Shown: piece by piece, positions 41,101 to 50,355 of the stretch
Numbering within the stretch: the first letter of the stretch is position 1
Layout of the letters: each line of letters opens with the position of its first letter
NCBI GenBank assembly: GCA_002633005.1
Contig: NMRA01000470.1
Coordinates: forward strand, 268,219-332,218
Length of the DNA stretch: 64,000 nt
Reading direction: 5' to 3'
Source of the DNA: Phoronis australis
Lineage: Eukaryota > Animalia > Phoronida
Notes under the pieces: model-generated
Told to the model about the DNA's origin: nothing
The model's database searches: none
What the model saw: the letters and a program-made list of their open reading frames with translations, nothing else
Position numbers and translations under genes: made by a program

Positions 41101-44100
41101 ACACACTGTAGGAACTAAATTTACAGGTGTTACTATTCAAGATAGGCTTTAGCATACTTTACATTCTTTTACAAAGAACAATTATTAAGTCGTTTTTAGA
41201 TACAAAGCCATGAGATATCCAGTTCATTTTTATGTAGCAATAATTGTTTTTCTTTATTTTTGGTCAGTTTATGGTTTCTCTTTCTCAGCTACCTGTATTT
41301 GGAATATTCTCCAGAGTTGGAGCCAACGGACTAATTTACTGACATCTAGTGTCAATCCACGTACTAATGCACTATTTCTTTTTACCTAGTACCAGTCACC
41401 ACTGTGCCTGTCGCCATGACAACATGCACCCCGTGCGTGCCCTGCTCGTGCCCGGTGGCTCCCCCTACAGATCTGCAGCCCAAGACCAACGTCACACCAT
41501 CTGGTTAGTCATGTACCCCTGTCGCTCAGTGCTTGTAGCCATTAAGCGACCACCAAAACTCCACGGCTTTTATCTCTAGCTCATGCAGCAACTCCATCTA
41601 TAGTCTGATCAGCATGATGCTGCAAGGCACGCCGGAAATTATCTCCCCTCATTAATTTGTAGTCTTGTTAGCTCAGTTCTTCCTTAAGTCAAAACTCTGC
41701 TCTACTAATGCTGCATTGCACAGATAACTGTCAATATTTGCTGACTATTGAATGTGGAAGGAATGTTCTCTTATTATGTCTTACTGTCTGTGCCATATAA
41801 TGATCATTTAAAGCTGCTTTGTACAATCTTATTTAAAGCCTATGTTAAAACTAAATAACAATCATCTTGTTCTTTAAGACTACAGGCGCATATTTGAATA
41901 TGTTTCAAATATCTGCCCATAACATTTCCTGGGAATAATCGATTCAGCCAGGGTGTGTTGCTTAAAATATAAAGCACCCGTTCCATGGTACATTTTGTGG
42001 TCTCCAGTACACTGTGTTGCTCAGTTCATCCCTGTACACTCAGAGAATAGAAGCACCCCATGCCCATGAATTCACTTAGAAGTTAGCTTTTCAATTACAA
42101 CACTCTGCAGAAACATACTAGTGTACACATGTAAAATGGGGGTTGTCAATACCAGATATTAAAATAATATGTACATAATGAAATGGCAAATTTAAATAAA
42201 AAATATATGATAGAAGTAGCAAAACATCTTTTTGTCATTCAGGAATGCCAGTGTGAGAGACTGCCTACTAGTATATATTAAGACTATGCAAACATACCTA
42301 TTTAGGACATTATTTTTGATCCTGAACAGACATATTAGAAATTTGTTGGCCATCTTTCACTTTCCTGTCTGATCAAGGAGTGTTTTCACTTCTAAAGCTA
42401 TTGTTGTCATTTTTACTGGAAACATAGTTGTCATTTTGTTGTACCTGTATTTTTTAGCATACAAATGATTTTTGATCTAGTTGTAAAAAGTATTGTGATA
42501 TGCGTGTAAAGCGTACCGTACACTACATGACCGGACTTGTCTCAACTCGTATTACAACCCGTTACCTAAGTACTGAAGTTTGATAGAATAGCGTTGCAGT
42601 GTTAGTTGACTCGAGTTGTACATTGTCGCGCACTACATGACACGATTCTCGAAAATTGAGCTCTAGTGTGCAGCAGGCTTTAGTCACTAACCATATGGCA
42701 TGTGGTCCATTGCTAGAACTTTCCTCTGTTCTGTAGACATTGCTGGCCTCATGAAACTGCTTCTCATACAAAATGCATGTGATTAGCTATTGCCATTAAT
42801 GATCAGGCTTTCACTTAAAGTAAACAGTGCACTCAGTTTGCTTCTTTAGTAAGACTCTGTACATCATGGTTAGTGATATATCATCAGTTTTGACCAACAC
42901 TAGGCATAATTTAGAGAAAGCAAATTTATATGGATTTTTCAAAGTTTGACTTTGGTCCCAACTTTTGCAGAATTATAGATGTTTCTTAATAGCTCAATGC
43001 CTATACACCCAGAATAATTCAAACAGCATAATTTTCCTACTCTTTGAAAATAATATTTTGAGTTTATTCTGGTTAATTTGACCTCATAGAATATGTGACA
43101 CATATTCTTATCCTCTTTAGTAAATTAATCAAGGTTGTAACTTTCTTTTTGATAATACACGGTGTTATCACTCAATAAAAGTGCCCATATAGAGTGATTA
43201 CATCTTAATTTTAATTATTCAGGTACTGATGACCACAATGTTCTAACAGTTTATCCAAGAGAATATTCCTTCCAATTCATGGTCAACCTAAAAACAGCAC
43301 TCTTAATTGCCAATTTCTTTTTGCAGACGACAGTAGCAACAAGAAGCCACCAGCAAATGGCGCCTCAAACAAAGATGGTGTTGTCAAACTTGGTAAGGCT
43401 TGTCTTTGTTTTCGATCCTCTTCACAATGGCAGTCATCGACGAGGGTCACATGAGTGTCACGTGACCCAAACTGAGAGTGTGGCTCTGTCTCAATGTTGT
43501 TGCTGTGACTTGAATCTGTGTTGAACTACTTTTTGTGTAGATGTCCATGTAGATATCTACGTTGGAGTACTCGCTGTAAAGATATCAGTTTAGATATCTG
43601 CATTGGAGTACTTGCTTTGTAAATATCTGTGTAGATATCTGACAATCTGTCTTTCTGCGTTCTGTTTTCTTGCTCTTTTGTTTTAACTGTGTTAGACGAA
43701 CTCTGCTCCTAATTAGTATTCAACGTGTGGAACTCACAAGTCACATGGTCTCCTTACCGAAATTTGACGAAATTTACAAAGCTACACGCTCATACCTTGC
43801 ATACATGACATGCACTCAGTTAAATTTGCTGTCACAGTTATGTTCATATTAGGATTAACTTGTTTGACTGGTTTGATTCATCACATCTAACGCAGGATCC
43901 CTAGGGCTAAACTGGGTTGTGTTTTTGACAAGTTGATTGTTTTCTCTACTCATCGGCCTTGATAATTTTACATTTCATTGATATTGAGCCCTAGGCAAAA
44001 ACCTTAAACACTATGATTCTGCATCACATTTTTATTTCGACTACTCTTTCTGGTGTGAAAATAATGCTGCTGCACATGCAAACCTCAAAATTTAACAGGC

Positions 44101-46096
44101 TAAAATTTGACAAGCCTTACTTCCTCCATTTATGTTAATGTTGTTCAGTGTTGTTGTGTCTTTTATTCACAACCAACTTGTCTGTTGACTTGCATGGCTT
44201 CGTTGTTGAGGCTGGTTGTTTGCTTGGGGGTGATGAATAGGGAGTGTCTTTCTCGGTCAATACATAAGGGGCATCGTTACAAGCATGTAAAAATAGAAAA
44301 AAGTTACTATATGAGTGATGCGTATGGTTTTAAACAAACTGCAATGGTTGTATGCTATAAGTAAGTAGATGTGTGACCACCCTTACGTGTTGCAAATTAT
44401 TTTGATGTATTTTGTTGCCAATCAATGTTTTTATTGCAACGTGCATGCATGTATTCCATTCACAATAATTTGATTCACCCAATATAACCAAGCATTAAGG
44501 CTAATTTACTGGCTTGCAGGCATGAGTTGAGACTACCTAATAGCATGCTAGTTGAGTTTGATTCGCCCTGCCTCCATGTGGCATTACATTCCTACCAGAT
44601 TATGTCATTATTCAAATTTTCTTGGCTTGTCATATTCCCTGCTCTGTAGTTCTTTTGTTTTGCTCAAGCATGGCTTTTTGAAAGAGTCCCGAGGCAGTGT
44701 ATTTAGATAAGCCATTGTGAAGGGTTCGTGGAAACATTTAGACAAGCCTTACTAATATGACGTGTTCAGTCCTCTACCGTATTATTGTTATTAACTACCA
44801 GTATTCATTGCTTGTAGAGATGGCTGTGATCTCCCAGTTTGAGATTTTGTTTTACAACTAACTAAATGCATTATTGACTATTGTGTAGAAATTGCTTTCA
44901 CCCTGACCATGTTGAAATGTTTTGGGTCAGAATCTTCGTCCATGTATGAAATGGAAAAATTGGTAAATGCAAACTGAATTCTTGTGCATAACTGCTGAAA
45001 TTAACATATTTGGTGACCAAATGTCCCTATCCAGAGTTTTCACAGGATGTTTATTTCACATTCAAATTACATCCCAAACAAAACAGTTTCCGTATATGAA
45101 AAATTTATAATTGATAGGTGGTTGTGGTGTGTGAATTTTCCCTCGTTTATCACCAAAGCATTTTTTAGCATATGTCCCTTGTAGGATTGAAAATGATCAT
45201 AATATGAAATTTTCAGTCTTGAGTAACGACATTTCAGAAAAGCTGATCTGATTAGTGTTTCATGATCACGTTAAACATATGCCTGTTCTGTCACTTTTCA
45301 AGATTAAACTGTCATCAGGAACCCTCCCCCCCCCACACACACACACACACACGCACACACATGTACACAAACACATAATTTTTGTCACCGTGTATGTAGC
45401 TTCCTATTTGAATCTCTCTGAAGCAGATGACTTGAGCTACTATTATTTGGCTCAGATTATTGCTGGATTTCAGGTTTTCTCATTCCTTGTCTTGGTGGAG
45501 ACATTGTTTGGCAAGTACGTCAGACAGTGATTTTGTCCTTCAGTTGTCATCAGCCTTGTTTTGTTAGACCAATTTTGTCCCTGAATCTCATCTGTTGCCT
45601 GTTTTCATCCACAGATATGACAGCCGAAGATTACAACATACAATGGTTTTAATCGTACCAACAAATGCGTTCTTTGATTTCATCACAAATTTTTGTTTAT
45701 CTTTGTTTAGTTTGCTTTCATTTCTGTTCTATTACAGGAGGAGTGGGGGCCAGCACAGCCAATGATAACATCTACAGCGCCTCCACGCTGGCCATTGCAG
45801 CAGTCGTATCCATCTTGCTGTCATTGTTTGTTGGTTTTATCGTCGGCTACCGTGTGAGCATGTGCAAGAATTCCCAGGATATTGAGACTCCATTTACAGA
45901 TCGCAACGTTCCTTTACGTAAAAGTCAGAACACTCTAGAGAGTCCTCAGTTCACAGTGAATGACTCAAACTCAAACACACATAATAACAAACAGCTCAAT
46001 ATGGTGGTCAACCTGAAGCCCAAGAGCAACACAAATTTGTCTAATGGGAATGCAGAGACAAAACCTGTAGCCAAAGTGAAAAAGGTCTACTTATAG
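2063..46096 (+). CDS. Sema1a: Semaphorin-1A-like transmembrane semaphorin, spliced gene model, 15 coding exons, 744 aa
   Basis: join(2063-2165,33150-33246,33543-33588,34485-34652,35049-35247,35865-35953,36512-36653,37048-37141,37729-37876,38203-38407,38872-39228,39722-39769,41390-41503,43327-43392,45738-46096) = 2235 nt, all GT-AG and phase-consistent. Sema motifs CHNYIRVL, ACGTNAMDPKC, VYFIFREPAVEYVNCGK, FFKARMNCSIPGEFPFYFDE, GSAICAY; PSI domain; single TM; no Ig domain; C-terminus KVKKVYL. Confidence 0.9.
2929..2972 (+). repeat. 14-bp tandem repeat x3
   Basis: (CGTGGAGCAGAAGA)3. Confidence 0.9.
5285..6644 (+). repeat. ~680-bp tandem duplication joined at a single n (probable haplotypic assembly artefact)
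   Basis: 5285-5971 is nearly identical to 5973-6644 (scattered SNPs, one ~15-bp indel); n at 5972 lies exactly at the junction. Confidence 0.9.
7030..7324. mobile_element. hAT-like MITE
   Basis: Ends CATAGGCAGATTTGG...CCTAGATTTGCCACTG, GC-rich GGGGCCC subtermini, near-duplicated 8-mer TTCTGCAT/TTCTGCAC at the flanks. Confidence 0.55.
10148..10350. mobile_element. Palindromic MITE copy interrupted by a GC-rich nested insert (about 10219-10324)
   Basis: CAGTTTTCTCCACTGAATAAC|insert|ATAACGGACATCTAACTGGCTCTCA matches the uninterrupted copies at 18266 and 58754; the insert has GGGCGGCGCA/TGTGCCGCCC inverted repeats. Confidence 0.6.
10973..11627. mobile_element. PIF/Harbinger-like MITE, subfamily A (TTCCCA motif)
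   Basis: Termini AAGGCCC...GTGGGACGGGCCTT; colinear with the copy at 21423-22088. Confidence 0.7.
17718..17868. mobile_element. 151-bp MITE with CTG target-site duplication, present in only one duplicate copy
   Basis: TIR core CGTTCAGTA(G)ACGCTAGGACCTA / TAGGTCCTAGCGTTACTGAACG; CTG on both sides; empty site CAGACCTGAACTC in copy 2 near 20330. Confidence 0.88.
18266..18381. mobile_element. Short palindromic MITE family copy (others near 20706-20820, 36330-36433, 58754-58864)
   Basis: GGTAA...TTTGAGA..CAGTTT...AAACTGGTTCTCAAA...GACTATTACC inverted-repeat architecture recurring across the window. Confidence 0.65.
19307..19590 (-). mobile_element. PIF/Harbinger-like MITE, subfamily B, truncated by the gap
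   Basis: Ends AGTATGAAAGGCCTT|TAA; its reverse complement matches the start of the 48231 copy; the corresponding TAA site at 16978 is empty. Confidence 0.75.
21423..22088. mobile_element. PIF/Harbinger-like MITE, subfamily A (partial duplicate at 18983-19305)
   Basis: TIRs AAGGCCCCTTCCCA...TGGGAAAGGCCTT; internal repeated GTTCCCAT motif. Confidence 0.75.
22483..22577 (+). repeat. 28-bp minisatellite, about 3.4 copies
   Basis: TGAGCAATGAACATGGGGTCCTATGGTA repeated head to tail. Confidence 0.9.
23008..23166. mobile_element. 159-bp Tc1/mariner-type MITE with TA TSD
   Basis: Perfect 24-bp TIR CCGTAATCGTTCGGGTTAACGCCC, TA on both sides, internal TTAACCGCCC repeats. Confidence 0.9.
27449..27941 (+). 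mobile_element. PIF/Harbinger-like MITE, subfamily B
   Basis: AAGCCCCTTTCATACT...GTTAGTATG; colinear with 48231-48716. Confidence 0.72.
29410..29545 (+). repeat. 23-bp minisatellite x6
   Basis: TGTTATTAGA(T/C)AGATTCAAGTCA repeated without spacers. Confidence 0.95.
33150..33246 (+). CDS. Sema1a: Semaphorin coding exon 2
   Basis: TTTTTGCAG|...|GTAAGG; (G)SSSRQLFTFAPAKTSYFRDMLIDGSNVVVGA(R), Sema N-terminal VGARN motif. Confidence 0.9.
33543..33588 (+). CDS. Sema1a: Semaphorin coding exon 3
   Basis: CTTTCAG|...|GTGAGT; (R)NAIYQLNVDSLSEKG. Confidence 0.9.
34485..34652 (+). CDS. Sema1a: Semaphorin coding exon 4
   Basis: TTGCAG|...|GTAACT; KYPWTPESSTIDECRRTGGTEAMCHNYIRVLVRDNNNRLIACGTNAMDPKCHTLDM. 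Confidence 0.95.
35049..35247 (+). CDS. Sema1a: Semaphorin coding exon 5
   Basis: TTATTCAG|...|GTAAGC; SNEGFTRVGSPSSGLALSPKTPDQLSTAVYAGNSIYSG...IRTEDADSRILN. Confidence 0.9.
35865..35953 (+). CDS. Sema1a: Semaphorin coding exon 6
   Basis: TTTGCAG|...|GTAAGA; (K)PEFVSSFEEDDKVYFIFREPAVEYVNCGK. Confidence 0.95.
36512..36653 (+). CDS. Sema1a: Semaphorin coding exon 7
   Basis: TTTTCAG|...|GTAAGT; RIYSRISRVCKKDKGG...FMSFFKARMNCSIPGEFPFYFDEV. Confidence 0.95.
37048..37141 (+). CDS. Sema1a: Semaphorin coding exon 8
   Basis: TTTTCAG|...|GTAAGT; (Q)SMSSVSLGSFKALSSSSAAEKMFYAVFTTP(D). Confidence 0.92.
37729..37876 (+). CDS. Sema1a: Semaphorin coding exon 9
   Basis: TTTTCCAG|...|GTAAGG; NSIRGSAICAYKWSDVLATFDGKFKEQKDGNGAWLPVLNSETPKPHPTK. 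Confidence 0.95.
38203..38407 (+). CDS. Sema1a: Semaphorin coding exon 10
   Basis: ATCCCCAG|...|GTGAGT; CVNNTVDLDYTTQQFNKRHPLMDQAVP...YDVLFIGM. Confidence 0.95.
38872..39228 (+). CDS. Sema1a: Semaphorin coding exon 11 (end of Sema domain plus PSI domain)
   Basis: CCCTTTCAG|...|GTGAGA; (N)DGTVRKAYN...CSAHKTCSKCVGSKDVYCSWNKKKEECQRSTRGLQNLVTGYHPQCKTDPLVTEPNT. Confidence 0.95.
39722..39769 (+). CDS. Sema1a: Semaphorin stalk exon 12 (48 nt, Thr-rich)
   Basis: CTAACTCCCAG|...|GTAAGA; phase 1-1; (G)PTTTATTAMTENRDS. Confidence 0.75.
40730..41148 (+). mobile_element. Kolobok-like MITE (~420 bp)
   Basis: TTAA|AGCCTAAC...GATAGGCT|TTAG; second copy at 52591-53010. Confidence 0.7.
41390..41503 (+). CDS. 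Sema1a: Semaphorin stalk exon 13 (114 nt, Cys/Pro/Thr-rich)
   Basis: CTAAT branch, TTTCTTTTTACCTAG|...|GTTAGT; GC-rich island in AT-rich intron; phase 1-1; PVTTVPVAMTTCTPCVPCSCPVAPPTDLQPKTNVTPS. Confidence 0.8.
42507..42682. mobile_element. Small Harbinger-like MITE
   Basis: TAAAGCGTACCGTACACTA...TAGTGTGCAGCAGGCTTTA imperfect TIRs; CpG-rich interior with repeated CACTACATGAC. Confidence 0.5.
43327..43392 (+). CDS. Sema1a: Semaphorin stalk exon 14 (66 nt)
   Basis: TTTCTTTTTGCAG|...|GTAAGG; phase 1-1; (D)DSSNKKPPANGASNKDGVVKL. Confidence 0.8.
45325..45372 (+). repeat. Poly-C plus (CA)n microsatellite
   Basis: CCCCCCCCACACACACACACACACACGCACACAC. Confidence 0.9.
45738..46096 (+). CDS. Sema1a: Semaphorin last coding exon (TM helix and cytoplasmic tail)
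   Basis: Long pyrimidine tract ending TTACAG; TLAIAAVVSILLSLFVGFIVGY TM segment; ~80-aa tail ending KVKKVYL-stop. Confidence 0.92.
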
Positions 46097-46440
46097 TGCT
46101 GGCCAATTATGTCTCACTACACTAGGTAACCTGGAAGAACAAAGTGATAAATGGACCAGTGGGACAGGGCTGCCATTCATGCATGCGCGGGTGCGTGATG
46201 AAGCGGCACACATTGAAATTGACATGGCTTTGTTGATGTCTGACATTAATCAAGATGCAAGCTTCTGTCCCATTGTGCTGAACAAGTTATGGCACAAGAT
46301 AATTTATGCGGTAAAATGTAGATAGAGCCGAAGGACCTACAATCGTGTATGTCATCGACATATGTGCAAGTTCGCAAAAGCGAATGTTTTTAATTGATGG
46401 ATGTGCAATCACCGCAAAACTATCTATGGTCGTAGTGTGT

Positions 46441-46500
46441 TGGACCAGCGAGGTCACATTGTGATGGACCAGCGAGGTCACATTGTGATGGGCCAACGAG
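46441..46500 (+). repeat. 24-bp tandem repeat x2.5 in the semaphorin 3' UTR
   Basis: TGGACCAGCGAGGTCACATTGTGA repeated. Confidence 0.85.
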
Positions 46501-48230
46501 TAATTGTGTGTTTTTGAATCCCAGTGAATTCCAATGTGGTTACATTCGGTTGAAAAGAAGATTAAAGACTATTTCTGTAAAAAGAATTTGGCAAAGTTGA
46601 TTCACTGTGCTACTGTTGTCAATTAAGAACTGGTTACAACTATTCTCAATGCAAGACCTGGGATTTGATTGAGTGCAGAAGACAATAAAACAAATGAGCA
46701 ATGTGGCATGTCAGTCATGACCACAAGTTGTTAATTGAAAATGGTGGGTAAGTCTCTGTAATGCTTTTCACTTGGCATTTGAATCCTCTCAAGTCAAGTT
46801 TGCCTGTCATAAAATGTTCGCCTTTGTCTGTTTTTCAAAGTCTTGAAAATATTTAAAAAGGATGTTGAGGCTCTAGTCGAATGAGTCTTCACATGCTTCA
46901 TGGGGTGTGTTGTGACACACAACTGCAAAGTAGGATCGAATATTTTTCATTTTTGCATGACTGTTGAAAAATCTTTCAGCTGCAGTCTCTCTAGTACTTG
47001 TTATGAATAGCTTTGATTTGAGATTTTGTGAATAGGTCAATATGAGACGCATTACTATCTATTGATGCTGAGTTACACATCCATATCACAATGAGATGTT
47101 ATGTCTTATAGTTCATCATTCCTTGTTGTATTGAGATTTAGCACCAAATTTTTTAATGCTCAATAATTTTCTTTCATCCCAAACTTTGACCTCTGACCTC
47201 AGCTCAAGATGAGCACAAGTAACAGTGAAGTGGTTTTGGCCTTGCACTCTATTGTTGTTCAACGGGTGTGGGTCTTGACTTGTGGTATTGTACTGTAGGC
47301 CACGTTTTTGCGAGAAAAGCAAGAACTTGTAAAATCATAGAAATGAAAAGCGAGTGTTTCTCAAGTGCTCAGTTACAAGCAAAATGGTAGCCACTGTAGT
47401 GTTTGTCGGTGAGGTTGGAATGTTGAATTATGGGATAGAATTCGTGAATTCTGGTTAAAATTCTCTGTTCCAACTCCATGAATGAAATTTTTTTTCCTCA
47501 AGTGAATGGATAATGTATTGTGTCTCTTGAATACGGCCCAGTTCTCACTGAAGTGAAGTTGTCAACATGTCAAAAGGAAAGTGTTACAAGTTGAGTTCAT
47601 AGATGAGAATACAGGAATGTCATGTTGTCAGTGTACTCTTGGTTTAGTACCCCTCCAATAAGGAATGATTTGAGTGATCCCAAATGTTCCGTTACTCTAT
47701 GTTGCTAGCTTTTCCCATCTACAATTTCTGTCCCTAGTGATTTTGTGGAATACTTTCATCAGCTGTAGTTTTCAGGTGTGTTGATTTAATAAGATGAAGT
47801 CTTCCAGCATGTGTTTACATAAAGCTATGGCTTTCTATGCATTCAAGTTCGACATCAGTGCTCATGTGTTTATAAACCTGTAAAACATTCTAGAGTTTCT
47901 GTGTGGTTTCTGTGTACTTAGATGAAGTTTCAGGTGTTATTGCCAAAATTATTCTGAAGGTTTTTAACTATTTCTTCTCTAAAGTCCACGAAGCCACACT
48001 TAAGCATTAGATTGTGGTGTTTGTGATTGTTGTACAGTATTGTAAGTAAGTATACTGCCAAAAGATGGCTGTAGTGTAGCCAGACTTATTGTAAATTGAC
48101 ACACGTACATGGTTTTGTATTCAGGTTACCGAATATCTCCTCCAACACTGTCTTTATGTTAGATATGAAAAATTAAGCAGATTTAAGTTGAAAATCTGAT
48201 TATGTTAAAGGTATTTAGTGCTGCTATCTG

Positions 48231-48716
48231 AAGGCCCTTTCATACTAATGTTGTCGCGTTGATGTTTTGGGGAGTTGCGGTCAGTAAGAACGGTTACTGT
48301 GGTCCTGAATCAAAGTTTACAGCACCAGAAAATTGCATTGGAAACATGTGCATTTAACAGCGGAGCATTGACGCTGCAGTATGAACGGTCAACGGCCTCT
48401 GTTATTGTCAACAACTAAAGAGCAGTGGCATCGCTAATAGTTGCGTATAGTTTCCTGGAATAATTGTCAATCGAATTAGAAATACGTTTTTGTCAGGTAG
48501 CACATATAATGTTCTCAAATTGTCACATTGAAAAAAATCGTAGTGTGCACGGGATGTTTCAGCGCTACCTTACGATTACTTCGATGACAACATTGTCACC
48601 TACCATTTACTTCAATGTCCGTTAACTACCGAAGTTGGTATGAACAGTTCAGTTAACTTCGCAGTTTACGTCAACGCTCTGATCAGACCGGAGTTTAATC
48701 AGTATGAAAGGCCCTT
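48231..48716 (+). mobile_element. PIF/Harbinger-like MITE, subfamily B, full length
   Basis: TIRs AAGGCCCTTTCATACT...AGTATGAAAGGCCCTT; internal GTATGAAC motifs. Confidence 0.78.
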
Positions 48717-49252
48717 ATTTGTGTAATTTTCAGTGATTTTATCATTGTTATTGAACTAATTCTGACAATTGTTGGTTCTTCTTAATATTCAGCTGTTGAC
48801 TCTCCTTGTTTAACCTGAGGGTATTCGTTCACTAGAACACAGACTAGATCATGTAATATGTCATTATAAGTGTACAGAATGTCCTACATTTGCATTGTAA
48901 TTTAACCCTGCATCATGTATATAGTTGACATTGCTTGTAATATTGCACAGTTCAAAACTAACAATCATTACAGAACATACATAAGTATGCTGCCATAAAA
49001 CTACTAACCCAAATAGGTAGGTGGAGGCAATTACGGTAGTTAGCTATGGACAACATGCGATTTATTTTTGTATTGTATGATGTACATACACTTCTGATTT
49101 GATGTAAAACCATGTAATATGATTTATTTATGGTGCTAACGTTTAGATATTTTATATTATGTAGTATCAATCATGCTCACATTGTTGCAAAAAATTGGCT
49201 CTTCAATTACACCACTGAAAAGCTTAGTTCTGAATGTAATTGTATTGACTCA

Positions 49253-50071
49253 TTTTTATGCGCCCACATATTTATATGTGGACGCATTATGCCGTCATCT
49301 CCGTCTGTCCGTCAGTACGGGCGGCGTCCGTCCGGCGTCCGCTGCTCTATCTCCAAAACCCTTTGACGTATGTTCATGAAATTTGGCACATATGTTCCAT
49401 TCATGAATGGGACGGCATGTGCGAACTTTCGGACGGATCCAACTACCGTTGTGCCCCCTAGTGGCAATTTTAGTTTTTTACGCTTACCTTTGTATCTTCA
49501 AAAAGTCCTGAACGGATTTTCATGAAATTTGGTATGTAGGTACCTATTAGTGAGATGACGCTATCCTCCCGTTTTCAAATGGATTCGACATAGTTTGCGC
49601 TACCTGGTGGCCATTTTTAGTGTTTTCGAGTCTGTTTTTGTGCGTCCACCCCTCTATCAACCAAACCGCTCAAAGGATGATTGTGAAAATTGGCATGTAT
49701 ATGCTTACTATGTAGAGAACGGTTGACGATGATTTTCCGACGATTTTGACTACTGTGGCGCCTCCTAGTGGCAGTTTTGATTTTTTGCGCCTATGGCTGT
49801 ATCTCCTAAACCGTTCGCAGGATCTTTACGAAATTGTGTAAGTATATTTATATGATGTTAACAACGGAAGATGACGACTTTTGGATGCATCCGACTACGG
49901 GTGTGCCCCCTAGTGGCAATTTTAGTTTTTTACGCTTACCTTTGTGTCTTCAAAAGTCCAGAACGGATTTTCATGAAATTTGGCATGCCCTCTACTGGCC
50001 ACTTTATGGTACCAATCATACTGTATACGGTGCAATTGTGGGCGCATTTCAATGCTCTGCGTTGCTCTTGT
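49253..50071 (+). mobile_element. Non-autonomous Helentron (HINE/DINE-1/pearl-like) with internal ~150-bp tandem repeats
   Basis: T-run, 5' subTIR ATGCGCCCACA (49258), nearby IR ATGTGGACGCAT, (GTCC)-like microsatellite, ~5 units marked by TGAAATTTGG-like motif, 3' subTIR TGTGGGCGCAT (50037-50047), short hairpin and CTTGT end. Confidence 0.85.
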
Positions 50072-50349
50072 GTATTTTAATTTAGCCTTTGTTGAACATA
50101 AGAACTGAATTGTCGGGACTGCGCCTTTAGCTTTTTATCCTGAAGAATCTATATATAATCAACCGTTGACAACGTTTGAACTTATGAAGTGGATTTTTAT
50201 CACAAGCAATTGATAATGAACTAGGAATTGATAAGCTTTTCGACACACAATTATATACTTTATTTTAAAAAATATTATTTTCCATATTTTAAGTTTTAAT
50301 AATTTTGTACAGTACTTTTAGATTGTTTGTTGAAGTTGTATGTACTGGT

Positions 50350-50355
50350 AATAAA
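50350..50355 (+). terminator. Probable distal polyadenylation signal of the semaphorin gene
   Basis: AATAAA after a long T-rich tract (50250-50345) and followed by a TG/T-rich element; a proximal AATAAA also occurs at 46684-46689. Confidence 0.45.

Noticed and set aside
41289-41389. Upstream acceptor extending the Cys-rich exon
   Set aside because: The phase-1 frame ends in TAG exactly at the main acceptor; no independent support.
43223-43326. Extra stalk exon at TTATTCAG|GTACTG
   Set aside because: No good donor, and read-through to 43327 is out of frame.
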